In this document: positions 30,840 through 40,008 of the stretch, in pieces
How positions within the stretch are numbered: the first letter of the stretch is position 1
How the letters are laid out: each line of letters starts with the position of its first letter
DNA from: a virus
Strand: one strand, 5' to 3'
DNA length: 64,000 nt
IMG/VR virus record: IMGVR_UViG_3300032242_001844
Notes under the pieces: model-generated
The model's input: only the letters and a program-made list of their open reading frames with translations
The model's database searches: none
What the model was told of the DNA's origin: nothing
Made by a program: the position numbers and the translations under genes

Positions 30840-31922
30840 TTATCCTAATTTGTCTGGTTGTATCTTTAACAGAGAACTTAATGCCTGTCGTTGAGGTATT
30901 ACAGCACCATTGGCTAACTTTGTTGTAGCTACATTGTTTACAAATGTTCCTCGTTGGGTACCATTTAGATTGCCAGTAATAGCAGTCCGTTGTACATCTT
31001 CAATTGCAACCCATTTTTTGCCATCGTATCTAAACAATCTATGTGGTACATAGTCTGTTCTAAGAACATATTGCCCTGTTGTCGGTGATAGCGGAAATGC
31101 TGGATCAGCAGTAACTGGATATCCGTCTGGCGGTGCTCCGCTTCCAGTCAAGTATCCTGGCATGCTAATAATAGGAGATATGCCATCAACTGCTGGCAGC
31201 ACATATAGACTATTAACATTGTATCCACTTTGCGGTACATCTGTTTCAGCTTGTGCAACAATTGCATCATTAATTTGCAAGTTCTTGTTATAAGAACTTA
31301 ACAAATCATTAAGAGTAGAATTTGATGAATCTGATACTTGTTGGTTAAGAATATCTTTATACTCTTGTCCGTCTACCATTGGCACAATCTTACAGCGCCA
31401 AAGATGTGACCACCAAGTTTGAGAATATCCTTCTGCAGCACGAGTTGCTTCTTGTACCACATAAAATTTCTTTAGTGCGACTGGTATAGTTTCATCTAGT
31501 GGATAATAATCTTGTAGATGCGGCATTTCAAATACATCGCCAGGCATAATTTTTCTACCAAGTCTAGCAACCATATCTGTAGTATGAAAAGTTACATATA
31601 GCGTGTCATTGTTAATGAATAGCCCAAATTGACTTAAGTTAAAGTCAGTGTCTTGAATAGTATAATGTCCACGAAGATCATATACATCTTTGTCATATTT
31701 TCTATCACGATTTTCTAAGAACAGTAAGTCTTGAATATTTTGTTCACTTTGATTTGCATATTGTGGTTCAGTCAAATCAGTGGTTGTGCCAGTATTTGCT
31801 GGTCCAAGATACTTGTGAATATTAATTCCGACACAACTAATAGTAAACATTTCAGAGATACGGCGATCTTGAAATTTATAGTCGTTGCTATGATTTTCTC
31901 TATATAAACTTAATCTTGGCAT
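30840..31922 (-). CDS. Neck/head-closure protein (T4 gp14-like)
   Basis: DLLFLENRDRKY, LSQFGLF, PGDVFEMPH; adjacent to gp15-like gene. Confidence 0.55.
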   Translation of the reverse strand: MPRLSLYRENHSNDYKFQDRRISEMFTISCVGINIHKYLGPANTGTTTDLTEPQYANQSEQNIQDLLFLENRDRKYDKDVYDLRGHYTIQDTDFNLSQFGLFINNDTLYVTFHTTDMVARLGRKIMPGDVFEMPHLQDYYPLDETIPVALKKFYVVQEATRAAEGYSQTWWSHLWRCKIVPMVDGQEYKDILNQQVSDSSNSTLNDLLSSYNKNLQINDAIVAQAETDVPQSGYNVNSLYVLPAVDGISPIISMPGYLTGSGAPPDGYPVTADPAFPLSPTTGQYVLRTDYVPHRLFRYDGKKWVAIEDVQRTAITGNLNGTQRGTFVNNVATTKLANGAVIPQRQALSSLLKIQPDKLG

Positions 31923-31923
31923 G

Positions 31924-31957
31924 GATAATCCTACAACATATTTATTGTAGGATTATC
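31924..31957 (-). promoter_or_regulatory. 13-bp hairpin with late promoter in the loop and RBS in the 3' arm
   Basis: Minus strand GATAATCCTACAA-TAAATATG-TTGTAGGATTATC-C-ATG. Confidence 0.75.
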
Positions 31958-31964
31958 TATCGTG

Positions 31965-32705
31965 TCAAGGCTTTTTAAAAACAAAGTAGAAACGGTCGCC
32001 GTTATCTTGCTTCCAAGTTTCTAACTTGACATTATTTTCTTCTGCAATACGAACTGCGGTATCAAAATCCCAATGGTATGGGTCAATCCACTCATTATCT
32101 GGACCAGTGCTAAATGGATTGGCGCGACAAAAAACTGTTCCGCCTGGAACCAATAATTCAAAAACTCTGCCAAATCTTTCTGCTACCCATTCGTAGCTAT
32201 AGAAATTTATACTACCAAATACGATTATTGCATCAAAACTTTCTGGTTTCCATTTAAAATCCATAATTTCAACCATATAATCTGCGTTTGGATTATAACG
32301 ATCAATACCAATTAAGTTTGGAATTTGTGCTTTAAATTGATTAAACCCACATCCAACATCTAATACAGCACGAGGTTTAAGATCATTTACATCTTTGACA
32401 ATATTCCAACCTGTAAAACGATATACTTCTGTGCGAGGTTTCCACATCTCGCCGCCCCACACACGGCATTGATACTTGTAATCAACATGATTAGTAAATT
32501 CTTGTAAGGTTCCTTTAAATTCTATATCAACTCCTTGAAAAGTATCGCTGATATCTTTTTTAAACTTTTCCCAACGCTTTAAAGTCCATGGAAATTCGTT
32601 TATATTAGTATTTTCATTAATACTATTACGAATTTCTGTATATCTTTCTAATTTAAATGAATCATTTAAATTTTTTAGTAAGAAGGCATAAATTTTCTTG
32701 TTCAT
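31965..32705 (-). CDS. Class I SAM-dependent methyltransferase
   Basis: VLDVGCG motif I, FDAIIVFGSINF, LVPGG. Confidence 0.8.
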   Translation of the reverse strand: MNKKIYAFLLKNLNDSFKLERYTEIRNSINENTNINEFPWTLKRWEKFKKDISDTFQGVDIEFKGTLQEFTNHVDYKYQCRVWGGEMWKPRTEVYRFTGWNIVKDVNDLKPRAVLDVGCGFNQFKAQIPNLIGIDRYNPNADYMVEIMDFKWKPESFDAIIVFGSINFYSYEWVAERFGRVFELLVPGGTVFCRANPFSTGPDNEWIDPYHWDFDTAVRIAEENNVKLETWKQDNGDRFYFVFKKP

Positions 32706-32784
32706 CTAATTTTTTCCCAACTTTGATAAATAATTTTAAGATATCTAATTTTTTTACTAAATATTTATGATTTAGGAAACATGT

Positions 32785-33468
32785 ATGAATTTTTCTGAGA
32801 ATAATAAAAAAAATAAGATGTTGTTGATTTTTGGACCACAGGGCAGCGGAAATCATCTTTTTAGTAAAATTTTTACCCTGCATCCAGATGTTCATGGATG
32901 GGAAGAATTATTAGATAACAGTAATGAAGACAATTACTTTGTTCCTCATTGGCGTGAACCAAATAATCAAATTTGGAATAATATTGATTCAATAACCTTA
33001 GACATTATGGGTGGAAAAAATTATGCAGTACTAAGCGCAAGCGTTCCATTTTGGAATAAAGATGAGTTACAAGTTCCGCCAATCAATAAATTAATGGCTA
33101 AATTACAAAGTTTAGATATAGAAGTTCAGCCAGTAATAATTGGGCGTGATAAAACTATCTTAACAAACCAACAAACTAGACTTCGTGGTGGACCAACTTG
33201 GGGAAATATGACTCAAGTAATAAGATGGCTTGATGTTACGCCTTTTTATGTTAGCACTGAATTAGCGTATTTGTATAAAAAAGTTTATATTCGTGATATT
33301 GGAAAGTGGTTATCTTTCCCTGTTGCGTATACTGATCCTGCAATAGACAGCATTCTAGATGAAGACTCAAATGAAAAATATATTAAAAATGCTGATAACC
33401 CTTGGTTAGATGATATTGTTCGTAGAACGGGATATCCTGTAGCAGTACAGAAGAAAACCCCGTTTTGA
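32785..33468 (+). CDS. P-loop sulfotransferase-like protein
   Basis: LLIFGPQGSGNHL...HPDV and IIGRD resemble sulfotransferase 5'-PSB/3'-PB motifs. Confidence 0.5.
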   Translation: MNFSENNKKNKMLLIFGPQGSGNHLFSKIFTLHPDVHGWEELLDNSNEDNYFVPHWREPNNQIWNNIDSITLDIMGGKNYAVLSASVPFWNKDELQVPPINKLMAKLQSLDIEVQPVIIGRDKTILTNQQTRLRGGPTWGNMTQVIRWLDVTPFYVSTELAYLYKKVYIRDIGKWLSFPVAYTDPAIDSILDEDSNEKYIKNADNPWLDDIVRRTGYPVAVQKKTPF

Positions 33469-33473
33469 ACGGC

Positions 33474-33513
33474 GTGGTTGTCTAGTTTAATCCCACTAAC
33501 ACTAGACAACCAC
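33474..33513. repeat. Perfect 13-bp inverted repeat
   Basis: gtggttgtctagt ... actagacaaccac. Confidence 0.8.
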
Positions 33514-33584
33514 ACATATATTACTACACATACAAAAAGTTGTTGACGCTTGTGGGAAAAATATGATATTGTTATTATAAGGAA

Positions 33585-34292
33585 ATGAAAATGGAAGATT
33601 ATAAAACCGCAAAAAGTGCATGGGAATTTGGTAAAAATCGCAGTAGCTATCACTTTGATACAAAGATAACTGATATGCGATGGGATACCGTTCAGGGTCT
33701 TGGAAAATTTTCTGGAAATTGGGCAGAAGAATTAGAACAGCAAATTGCTGACGCCGTTCCAGTAAATATTGCTACCCGCAGAAATCAATGGCAGCGTGAT
33801 CGTGGAATTGAACACAATAAAGTAAAATTACATACTGCAGAAACTAACGACTTCATAAATGTTGGTGCTGATCCAGAAATGACTATCTTTAGGGTTCAGC
33901 ATGACCTATCTCCTACTTTTCAGAAAATGGTAGAAGCAATTGGTCTAGAACAAAATGAAAGTCGTCTTCATATACAGTACCCAGGAGAAGCATTCTTAGG
34001 ACATGTTGACAGATTTGATTTAAATTATCCTGGAGTAGATCAAGATGATCTTATGAGAATTGGAATAATGCTAAAAGATTACGAGCAAGGGCATTTTTTT
34101 CAATTTGGCAATCATCTTTACCAGCATTGGAGAGCAGGTGATATTCATACATTTGATTATCGTCATGTTCCACATTATACTGCTAATAGTGGGTTGTCAC
34201 CTCGTGTAACACTGTTTACTACTGGAATTATTACAGATAAAACTCGTGCCTTCTTGAAACAAGCAAGACACGCAACCGAAATTCAAATTTAA
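33585..34292 (+). CDS. Fe(II)/2OG hydroxylase (Asp/Asn beta-hydroxylase-like cupin)
   Basis: QYPG...HVD...HYTANSG..PRVTL. Confidence 0.6.
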   Translation: MKMEDYKTAKSAWEFGKNRSSYHFDTKITDMRWDTVQGLGKFSGNWAEELEQQIADAVPVNIATRRNQWQRDRGIEHNKVKLHTAETNDFINVGADPEMTIFRVQHDLSPTFQKMVEAIGLEQNESRLHIQYPGEAFLGHVDRFDLNYPGVDQDDLMRIGIMLKDYEQGHFFQFGNHLYQHWRAGDIHTFDYRHVPHYTANSGLSPRVTLFTTGIITDKTRAFLKQARHATEIQI

Positions 34293-34307
34293 AAAAAGGA
34301 AAATAAA

Positions 34308-35762
34308 ATGGATATTCAAAAATTATTTCCAATTTTTGATCCAACCACTGGATTGGCAATTATTGGAATTTATGCAGTTTTTGTTTTTTTCTTAACCAAT
34401 TTTTTTGCTAAAGGTTTTGATAAAAACAAGGAAAGTTTTCTAGTTGCTAATCGTGAGATTGGTTTTTGGCAAGGTTCGTTCTCAGCAGGTGCTGCGTGGA
34501 TTCACGCACCAGGACTGTTTGTAGCAGCGCAGCAGGGCTATAACAACGGTTGGCCAGGCGTTCTATGGTTTAGTTTCGGTAACTTTTTTAGTTACATTGT
34601 TTTTGCTTATTTTATTAATAAGTTTAGAAATGAAAACGGAAAGCTATTCACGCTAAGTGAGTATTTCAAAGGAAAATGGGGTGGATTTATCAGTCTGCTT
34701 ATTGTAGTTCAGATGTTATTATTAACACTGCAATCATTAACTATTGATTTATTTGCTGGATCGCAAAGTGTTGCCATTGTAACTGGATTAAGTCCAATTT
34801 TAGTTTCGGCACTACTGGTTGGCATTGCGCTTACATATTCACTTCGTGGTGGCATTAAAGCATCTATCATTACTGATGTTGTAAAGATTGTAATGATATT
34901 TGTAGGCGTTGCCGTAGTTGGATATTCTGTGTACAGCGTAACAGGTGTACAGCCAATTATAGACGGCATTGCAGGTAAAGCAGGTAAAGGAACATCTCTA
35001 TGGAGTGATAGTTTTGCGTTAGGTTTATTATTTGGATTTGGCGTACCAACTGTTATTGGGCACTTTGCAAGTGCATGGACAACCAATGAAGGATTCCAAA
35101 ATGCTTTTAGTATGAAACCTAATGTTGCATTAAAAGCTTATATCGCTGCGCCATTTTACTGGTTAGTTCTTCAACTTATTGGTGGACCACTTGGTATGAT
35201 TGCTGCTTCAATGCATATTGATGCTGGTACTAAATCTGGGTTTGTTAACTTAATGGTAATGGCAAGTGTAGTAGGACCATGGTTAACCCTTGTATTCTTG
35301 ATTACTGTATTTGCTGGTCTTATTAGTATCATTGATACAATGTTAATCAATAGTGCAAATATTTTTGGTAGTGATATTCACGATTATTTCAAAGGAAAAA
35401 ATCCTGTATTGTGGAGTCGTATTGCTATGATTGGATTTGCTGCAGTAGGAATTACATTAGCAAATATTCCAGGACTTGATTTAAATACTATTTTCTTGTT
35501 CGGCAAAACATTTCAATTGTGTTTCTTTATCCCAGTCGTAATGGGCATTCTTGCACCACACTTCCTTACAAAGTGGGGATTTATTAGTGGTGCCGCTGTA
35601 GGATCACTAATTGGTTCTCCGATATATGTTTGGGGATTGTTGCTTGGCGGTGGTCCTATTATTCAAGTAACTGGAACACTTATTCAAGTATTTGGTGCTG
35701 GTATTGTTTGTTATGTTGTTAGCAAAATAACTGCGCCACAACAAATTGCCGTTGCAGTATGA
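34308..35762 (+). CDS. Sodium:solute symporter family transporter (DUR3/PutP-like)
   Basis: ~13 TM segments; ESFLVANR, YSLRGGIKASIITD SSS motifs. Confidence 0.85.
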   Translation: MDIQKLFPIFDPTTGLAIIGIYAVFVFFLTNFFAKGFDKNKESFLVANREIGFWQGSFSAGAAWIHAPGLFVAAQQGYNNGWPGVLWFSFGNFFSYIVFAYFINKFRNENGKLFTLSEYFKGKWGGFISLLIVVQMLLLTLQSLTIDLFAGSQSVAIVTGLSPILVSALLVGIALTYSLRGGIKASIITDVVKIVMIFVGVAVVGYSVYSVTGVQPIIDGIAGKAGKGTSLWSDSFALGLLFGFGVPTVIGHFASAWTTNEGFQNAFSMKPNVALKAYIAAPFYWLVLQLIGGPLGMIAASMHIDAGTKSGFVNLMVMASVVGPWLTLVFLITVFAGLISIIDTMLINSANIFGSDIHDYFKGKNPVLWSRIAMIGFAAVGITLANIPGLDLNTIFLFGKTFQLCFFIPVVMGILAPHFLTKWGFISGAAVGSLIGSPIYVWGLLLGGGPIIQVTGTLIQVFGAGIVCYVVSKITAPQQIAVAV

Positions 35763-36232
35763 ATAAAAAAATACTAATAATGGGCTTGCCAGGGTCGGGT
35801 AAAACTACTCTGGCGAAAGCCTTGGCACCAAAATTGAAAGCAGTTCACTGGAATGCAGACGCTGTTCGTGCTAATATCAACAGTCATCTTGGTTTCAGTG
35901 AAGCAGATCGTATAGAACAAGCTAGACGAATGGGTTGGCTATGCGATCAAGTTGTGGCAGCAGGTTCATGGGTGATAGCTGATTTTGTATGTCCTACACC
36001 AGCCACTCGTGCAGCCTTTGGACCTGCTACTGTTATTTGGGTTGATACGATTAAAGAAGGCAGATTTGAGGATACGAACAAGTTGTTTGTAAATCCAGAA
36101 CCAGGCAGTTATTACTTTCGTGTAGATACACAAGATGCGCTATTCTGGTCAAAGTATATCATGGAAGAACTTGACTTTGATACGCATCCAACTTGGATTA
36201 AAGCAATGATTAAAGGATTAAAATTATCATGA
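35759..36232 (+). CDS. cysC: Adenylylsulfate (APS) kinase-like
   Basis: GLPGSGKTT, NADAVR, LGFSEADR, DFVCP. Confidence 0.75.
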   Translation: MNKKILIMGLPGSGKTTLAKALAPKLKAVHWNADAVRANINSHLGFSEADRIEQARRMGWLCDQVVAAGSWVIADFVCPTPATRAAFGPATVIWVDTIKEGRFEDTNKLFVNPEPGSYYFRVDTQDALFWSKYIMEELDFDTHPTWIKAMIKGLKLS

Positions 36233-36594
36233 CAAAATGGAATAATCAAGCACCGACTGTGCAGATGTTGGGGCGATGGCAACCATGGCACGATGGGCAT
36301 CTTGCACTCTTTAAACGAGCACATGCTAAAACAGGACAAGTTATGATTATGGTTCGTGATGTTGGCGGCAGTGAAAATAATCCATTTGATTATGGATTTG
36401 TTAAAGAACGCATTATCAAAGAACTAGAAGCACAAGGTTATAAATCAAATCGGGATTTCCTTGTAAATCTTGTTCCTAATATTGTTAATATTACATATGG
36501 GCGTGATGTTGGATACAAGATTGAGCAGGAAGTGTTTGATGATGAAACACATGCTATTAGCGCAACTAAGATTCGCAAAGAAATGGGTCTTTAA
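36229..36594 (+). CDS. HxGH cytidyltransferase-like nucleotidyltransferase
   Basis: GRWQPWHDGH, NPF, ISATKIR. Confidence 0.8.
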   Translation: MTKWNNQAPTVQMLGRWQPWHDGHLALFKRAHAKTGQVMIMVRDVGGSENNPFDYGFVKERIIKELEAQGYKSNRDFLVNLVPNIVNITYGRDVGYKIEQEVFDDETHAISATKIRKEMGL

Positions 36595-36878
36595 TTCTTT
36601 TTAAATCGCATCATAAAGATATTAACATCTTCGCTGCTGCTAAAAAGCAGCGACCAGTATGGATCGCCGCTGTTAAATCTAAAATTTAATGAATAATCGT
36701 GAGAGAAACAATCATCACACCATTGCTTTAGTGGTTGCTGTATTGTTTCTTTTAAAAAATCAGTACCTAATGGGGGGAAATGTGGCAACCCTATATTGGG
36801 ATAAACTCTAACCAAGTATTTGTCTGGTGCAAGGGAGGTAATAGAACTTACTTCAATATTATCTATTGTTGGGTTCAT
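36591..36878 (-). CDS. Small hypothetical protein (RFNSGxPYW / FxxRF family)
   Basis: Paralogous to 61346..61573. Confidence 0.6.
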   Translation of the reverse strand: MNPTIDNIEVSSITSLAPDKYLVRVYPNIGLPHFPPLGTDFLKETIQQPLKQWCDDCFSHDYSLNFRFNSGDPYWSLLFSSSEDVNIFMMRFKKN

Positions 36879-37036
36879 TTATGAACTTTGCGTATCTCAT
36901 CGATACGCTGTGTCATATACTCTATTATAGTAAGTCTCTTGTCATCGGGCATATCGTATGTCTTAGTTTTTAATTCGTTGTTGATTATATATGTAAAAGC
37001 AAACTCAATCATTTTTGCAATTGAATAATTTAACAT
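36875..37036 (-). CDS. 53-aa hypothetical protein (not in ORF track)
   Basis: MLNYSIAKMIEFAF...RKVHK; TAAATA 5 nt upstream; ATGA overlap with next gene. Confidence 0.5.
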   Translation of the reverse strand: MLNYSIAKMIEFAFTYIINNELKTKTYDMPDDKRLTIIEYMTQRIDEIRKVHK

Positions 37037-37076
37037 AATAATATTTATTGCAATTTTATGACTGTAGAAAAAATAT

Positions 37077-37150
37077 TGGAGCGGAGTAGGAGAATCGAAC
37101 TCCTCGCATCAGATTGGAAATCTGAGGTATTGCCACTATACGAACTCCGC
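37077..37150 (-). tRNA. tRNA-Gly(TCC)
   Basis: Cloverleaf, loop TTTCCAA, encoded CCA. Confidence 0.95.
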
Positions 37151-37444
37151 TTATCTTTTATTATCAGGAGTATTTGCTACCCAATTTGCAATTCCTGATT
37201 TATTTACACCCCATGCAGTTCCCATAGAATGTCTCATTTCTGTTTTTTCAGAAGCTTTCCAAAATGTTTTGCCATATCCACTGCTTGATACATCTGTTTT
37301 TGGAAGTGGAATATTATTTTCTAGCATATAAATTTCTTGTTGTATTCTTTCATTGCGTCGTTGCCAAGTAAATTCATTTACTTTTCTTGGTTTGCATTCT
37401 TTTAATTGATTTTTTAATTTAGTAAGTTTATCTTGTTTTTTCAT
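37151..37444 (-). CDS. Basic hypothetical protein
   Basis: ORF between tRNAs with TAAATA upstream. Confidence 0.5.
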   Translation of the reverse strand: MKKQDKLTKLKNQLKECKPRKVNEFTWQRRNERIQQEIYMLENNIPLPKTDVSSSGYGKTFWKASEKTEMRHSMGTAWGVNKSGIANWVANTPDNKR

Positions 37445-37586
37445 GTCTATATTATTTAATTAAACTGTGGATATCAAAATCAGTTAAAAGCCATTTGACC
37501 AATAGTACAAGCCAAAGGATTCTAACAGATTCGTCTACAAACCGTCTATAAAACTTATACATCTTAGTCTACTTTCTTTTCTGTGT

Positions 37587-37676
37587 TGGCGGAAGAGGTG
37601 AGATTCGAACTCACGGTAGGCTTTCACCTACGCTAGTTTTCAAGACTAGAGCCATAAACCACTCGGCCACCCTTCC
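37587..37676 (-). tRNA. tRNA-Ser(TGA)
   Basis: Long variable arm, loop CTTGAAA, CCA. Confidence 0.95.
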
Positions 37677-37681
37677 AATAA

Positions 37682-37756
37682 TGGTGCTGTTAGAGAGAAT
37701 CGAACTCCCGATCTATTGATTACTAATCAATTGCCTTACCACTCGGCTATAACAGC
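37682..37756 (-). tRNA. tRNA-Thr(AGT)
   Basis: attga-TTAGTAA-tcaat anticodon arm; GCTGTTA/TAACAGC acceptor; CCA. Confidence 0.9.
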
Positions 37757-37758
37757 AT

Positions 37759-37836
37759 TGGTGCCCCGCCCCCGATTCGAACGGGGAACCTCTTGATTCT
37801 AAGTCAAGTACCTCTAACCAGTTGGGCTAGCGGGGC
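37759..37836 (-). tRNA. tRNA-Leu(TAG), short variable loop
   Basis: cttga-CTTAGAA-tcaag; CCA. Confidence 0.9.
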
Positions 37837-37928
37837 ATCATTTAATTATATTACAATAAATAGTTATGCTTGTCAACAACAAATTTGTCTTTTCAAAAAA
37901 TAAAATTATCTTTTATAAGGACATTTGC

Positions 37929-38429
37929 ATGGTTATGGACCCAAAAAGTGCTGCTAAATTAGGTGAAGCCTATGGCAAAGGCGTTACAGATGCTGTATTT
38001 GGCATCGTAGATGTTGTTAGAAATGCACCTACACAAAAAGCTGCTAACAATCAGCGTGTGATTAATCAAAATAAAATCACTGAAATAAACAACCAAGTTA
38101 TTAGGAATAACAATGCGCTGCGTGAACAAGCTATGCGTGAAATTGCTGCAGAGCAAGAAGCAGCGATGATATCAAGATTGTCTCCAGCACAACGCCAAGC
38201 GTTTTATCAGGCAAGAGCAGATGCAGCCAAAGAAGCACATAGGGCCAAAGTAGCTGCAGAAAGAAAAAAAGAAGAATTTTGGGAAATGTTCTGGGCTTTG
38301 TTCTTTATATTCGGTGTTCTTCCATTTCTTATATGGATAGGATTACTTATATGGGGTATTTCTGATGTGATGGCTTGCTATAGTATGAAATCAATAGTTC
38401 CGTTAATGAAAGCAATCTGTGGTCGCTAA
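37929..38429 (+). CDS. Coiled-coil membrane protein
   Basis: SD taagga before ATG 37929; C-terminal hydrophobic helix. Confidence 0.55.
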   Translation: MVMDPKSAAKLGEAYGKGVTDAVFGIVDVVRNAPTQKAANNQRVINQNKITEINNQVIRNNNALREQAMREIAAEQEAAMISRLSPAQRQAFYQARADAAKEAHRAKVAAERKKEEFWEMFWALFFIFGVLPFLIWIGLLIWGISDVMACYSMKSIVPLMKAICGR

Positions 38430-38704
38430 TGGTTGAACCAGTGAGCAGCGAGGATATAAGCAATCATCCTTGGTTAAGTGCATGGAATAAAATAGATGAA
38501 AGTGGAAAAATAGATATATTAAGAGCAAAAGTTACTGAACTAGAAGATTTATTAGGGACGGCATCGATAATCTTAATCATTCTTGTAAGTATTTTATTGT
38601 TCATTGCCATTGTATTTTTTTTAAATATGTTTGGAAGTGGCTCAATATCTATGAGTCAAGTAGGTCAAATTAGCGGAATGATCAAGCAATTTACAGGAAG
38701 GTAA
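38429..38704 (+). CDS. Small membrane protein
   Basis: One TM helix; coupled to upstream gene. Confidence 0.55.
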   Translation: MVEPVSSEDISNHPWLSAWNKIDESGKIDILRAKVTELEDLLGTASIILIILVSILLFIAIVFFLNMFGSGSISMSQVGQISGMIKQFTGR

Positions 38705-38752
38705 TTATCAAAAGAGTTGGGTACACTACTAAAAACATTAGTAGGAAGATAA

Positions 38753-38827
38753 TGGCTGCGTTGGCAGGATTCGAACCTGCGACCAAGTGATTAACAGTCA
38801 CCTGCGCTACCGCTGCGCCACAACGCA
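38753..38827 (-). tRNA. tRNA-Asn(GTT)
   Basis: Loop CTGTTAA; CCA. Confidence 0.95.
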
Positions 38828-38866
38828 TCAGCCTTATTATTAATATACTTATATTTTCTTATTTTG

Positions 38867-39913
38867 TCAAGCAAAAAATTCAACTAAATTTAACTTTTCA
38901 TATGGCTTGTGATAAAATATATTTTGGTTATGTACTATTAGCTGCAAATTGTCATCCCAAAATTGTCGCCAATCTTCTAAAGAAATAGATAGTAATCTAT
39001 TGATTTCTTCTTTATATGCCAAGAACCTTGAATCATCGTCTTTTATATTATCATAACTATAATCTATGAAAGTTGGAAATATAAAACCTAAATTTTTCAA
39101 GTGTTGAATATAACCACAATTGCTGAATGGCAATATAAAATGACCTTTGATTAATGGTTCATATGTTTTTTCACTTGGGGTATATCCTTCGCCCCATTCA
39201 CAAATTTCACCAAAAATGCTTATAAAAGTATTTTCGTAATATAAGATATGCGGTGGACTATACCCAAATCCAGGATAATCACCCATGGTTTTAGATTCTA
39301 AAAAATTTATATCTTTGCATTTTGGTAATATTTTTTGTGGTATCAAGAAATTTTTATTATCGCCTTCTATATAACTAACATATCCTAATTTATTGTTATA
39401 TGGTTTTAAAAAATTTGAAATTTGAGGGCGGTATCTTAATGATTTTCTATAACTAAAAGTAGGCGAAAGAAATATTTTGTTTTTTGTTTTAGCATTTAGA
39501 TTATTAGTTAGTACATAAGAATTTTTGTACCACATCCATTTAATAGTATCATTTGAAAATTTAAAGTTAGTATAATATGCTTTTGTTCTGTTGAATAAAA
39601 AATCATGATATAAAACGCGACTATGTTGGCGATTTAGATCATATTGGTTTATAATATAATATAAACCATTATTTTTACATTCTTCTATTGTGTCTCTTGC
39701 TAAGTTTTCGTTTGAAAAAAATATACAAAGGTCAAGTTTTGTTTTAGATTTGACATTATCATTGAAATTGTATGAGTGCCACTGCGAACGAACATTTATG
39801 TCTACTATGTCATTTTCATTTGTCGTAATAGTATAATCATCGCCATTTAAATCAAAAAACATCCTAACATCATATAGCGTAGGATCACCATCAAAGTATA
39901 TTTTAAAACTCAT
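38867..39913 (-). CDS. Putative glycosyltransferase-like protein (SEKTxxP family)
   Basis: SEKTYEPL..GH.FI, IDYSYD motifs; start trimmed to avoid tRNA-Arg. Confidence 0.45.
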   Translation of the reverse strand: MSFKIYFDGDPTLYDVRMFFDLNGDDYTITTNENDIVDINVRSQWHSYNFNDNVKSKTKLDLCIFFSNENLARDTIEECKNNGLYYIINQYDLNRQHSRVLYHDFLFNRTKAYYTNFKFSNDTIKWMWYKNSYVLTNNLNAKTKNKIFLSPTFSYRKSLRYRPQISNFLKPYNNKLGYVSYIEGDNKNFLIPQKILPKCKDINFLESKTMGDYPGFGYSPPHILYYENTFISIFGEICEWGEGYTPSEKTYEPLIKGHFILPFSNCGYIQHLKNLGFIFPTFIDYSYDNIKDDDSRFLAYKEEINRLLSISLEDWRQFWDDNLQLIVHNQNIFYHKPYEKLNLVEFFA

Positions 39914-39931
39914 GCTATATTTAAGAAGGTT

Positions 39932-40008
39932 TGGTGCCCACAGAGAGATTTGAACTCCCAACCTACGGTTTCGAAGACCGCCGCTCTATCCAGTTGAACT
40001 ATGTAGGC
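39932..40008 (-). tRNA. tRNA-Arg(TCG)
   Basis: Loop CTTCGAA; CCA. Confidence 0.9.
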
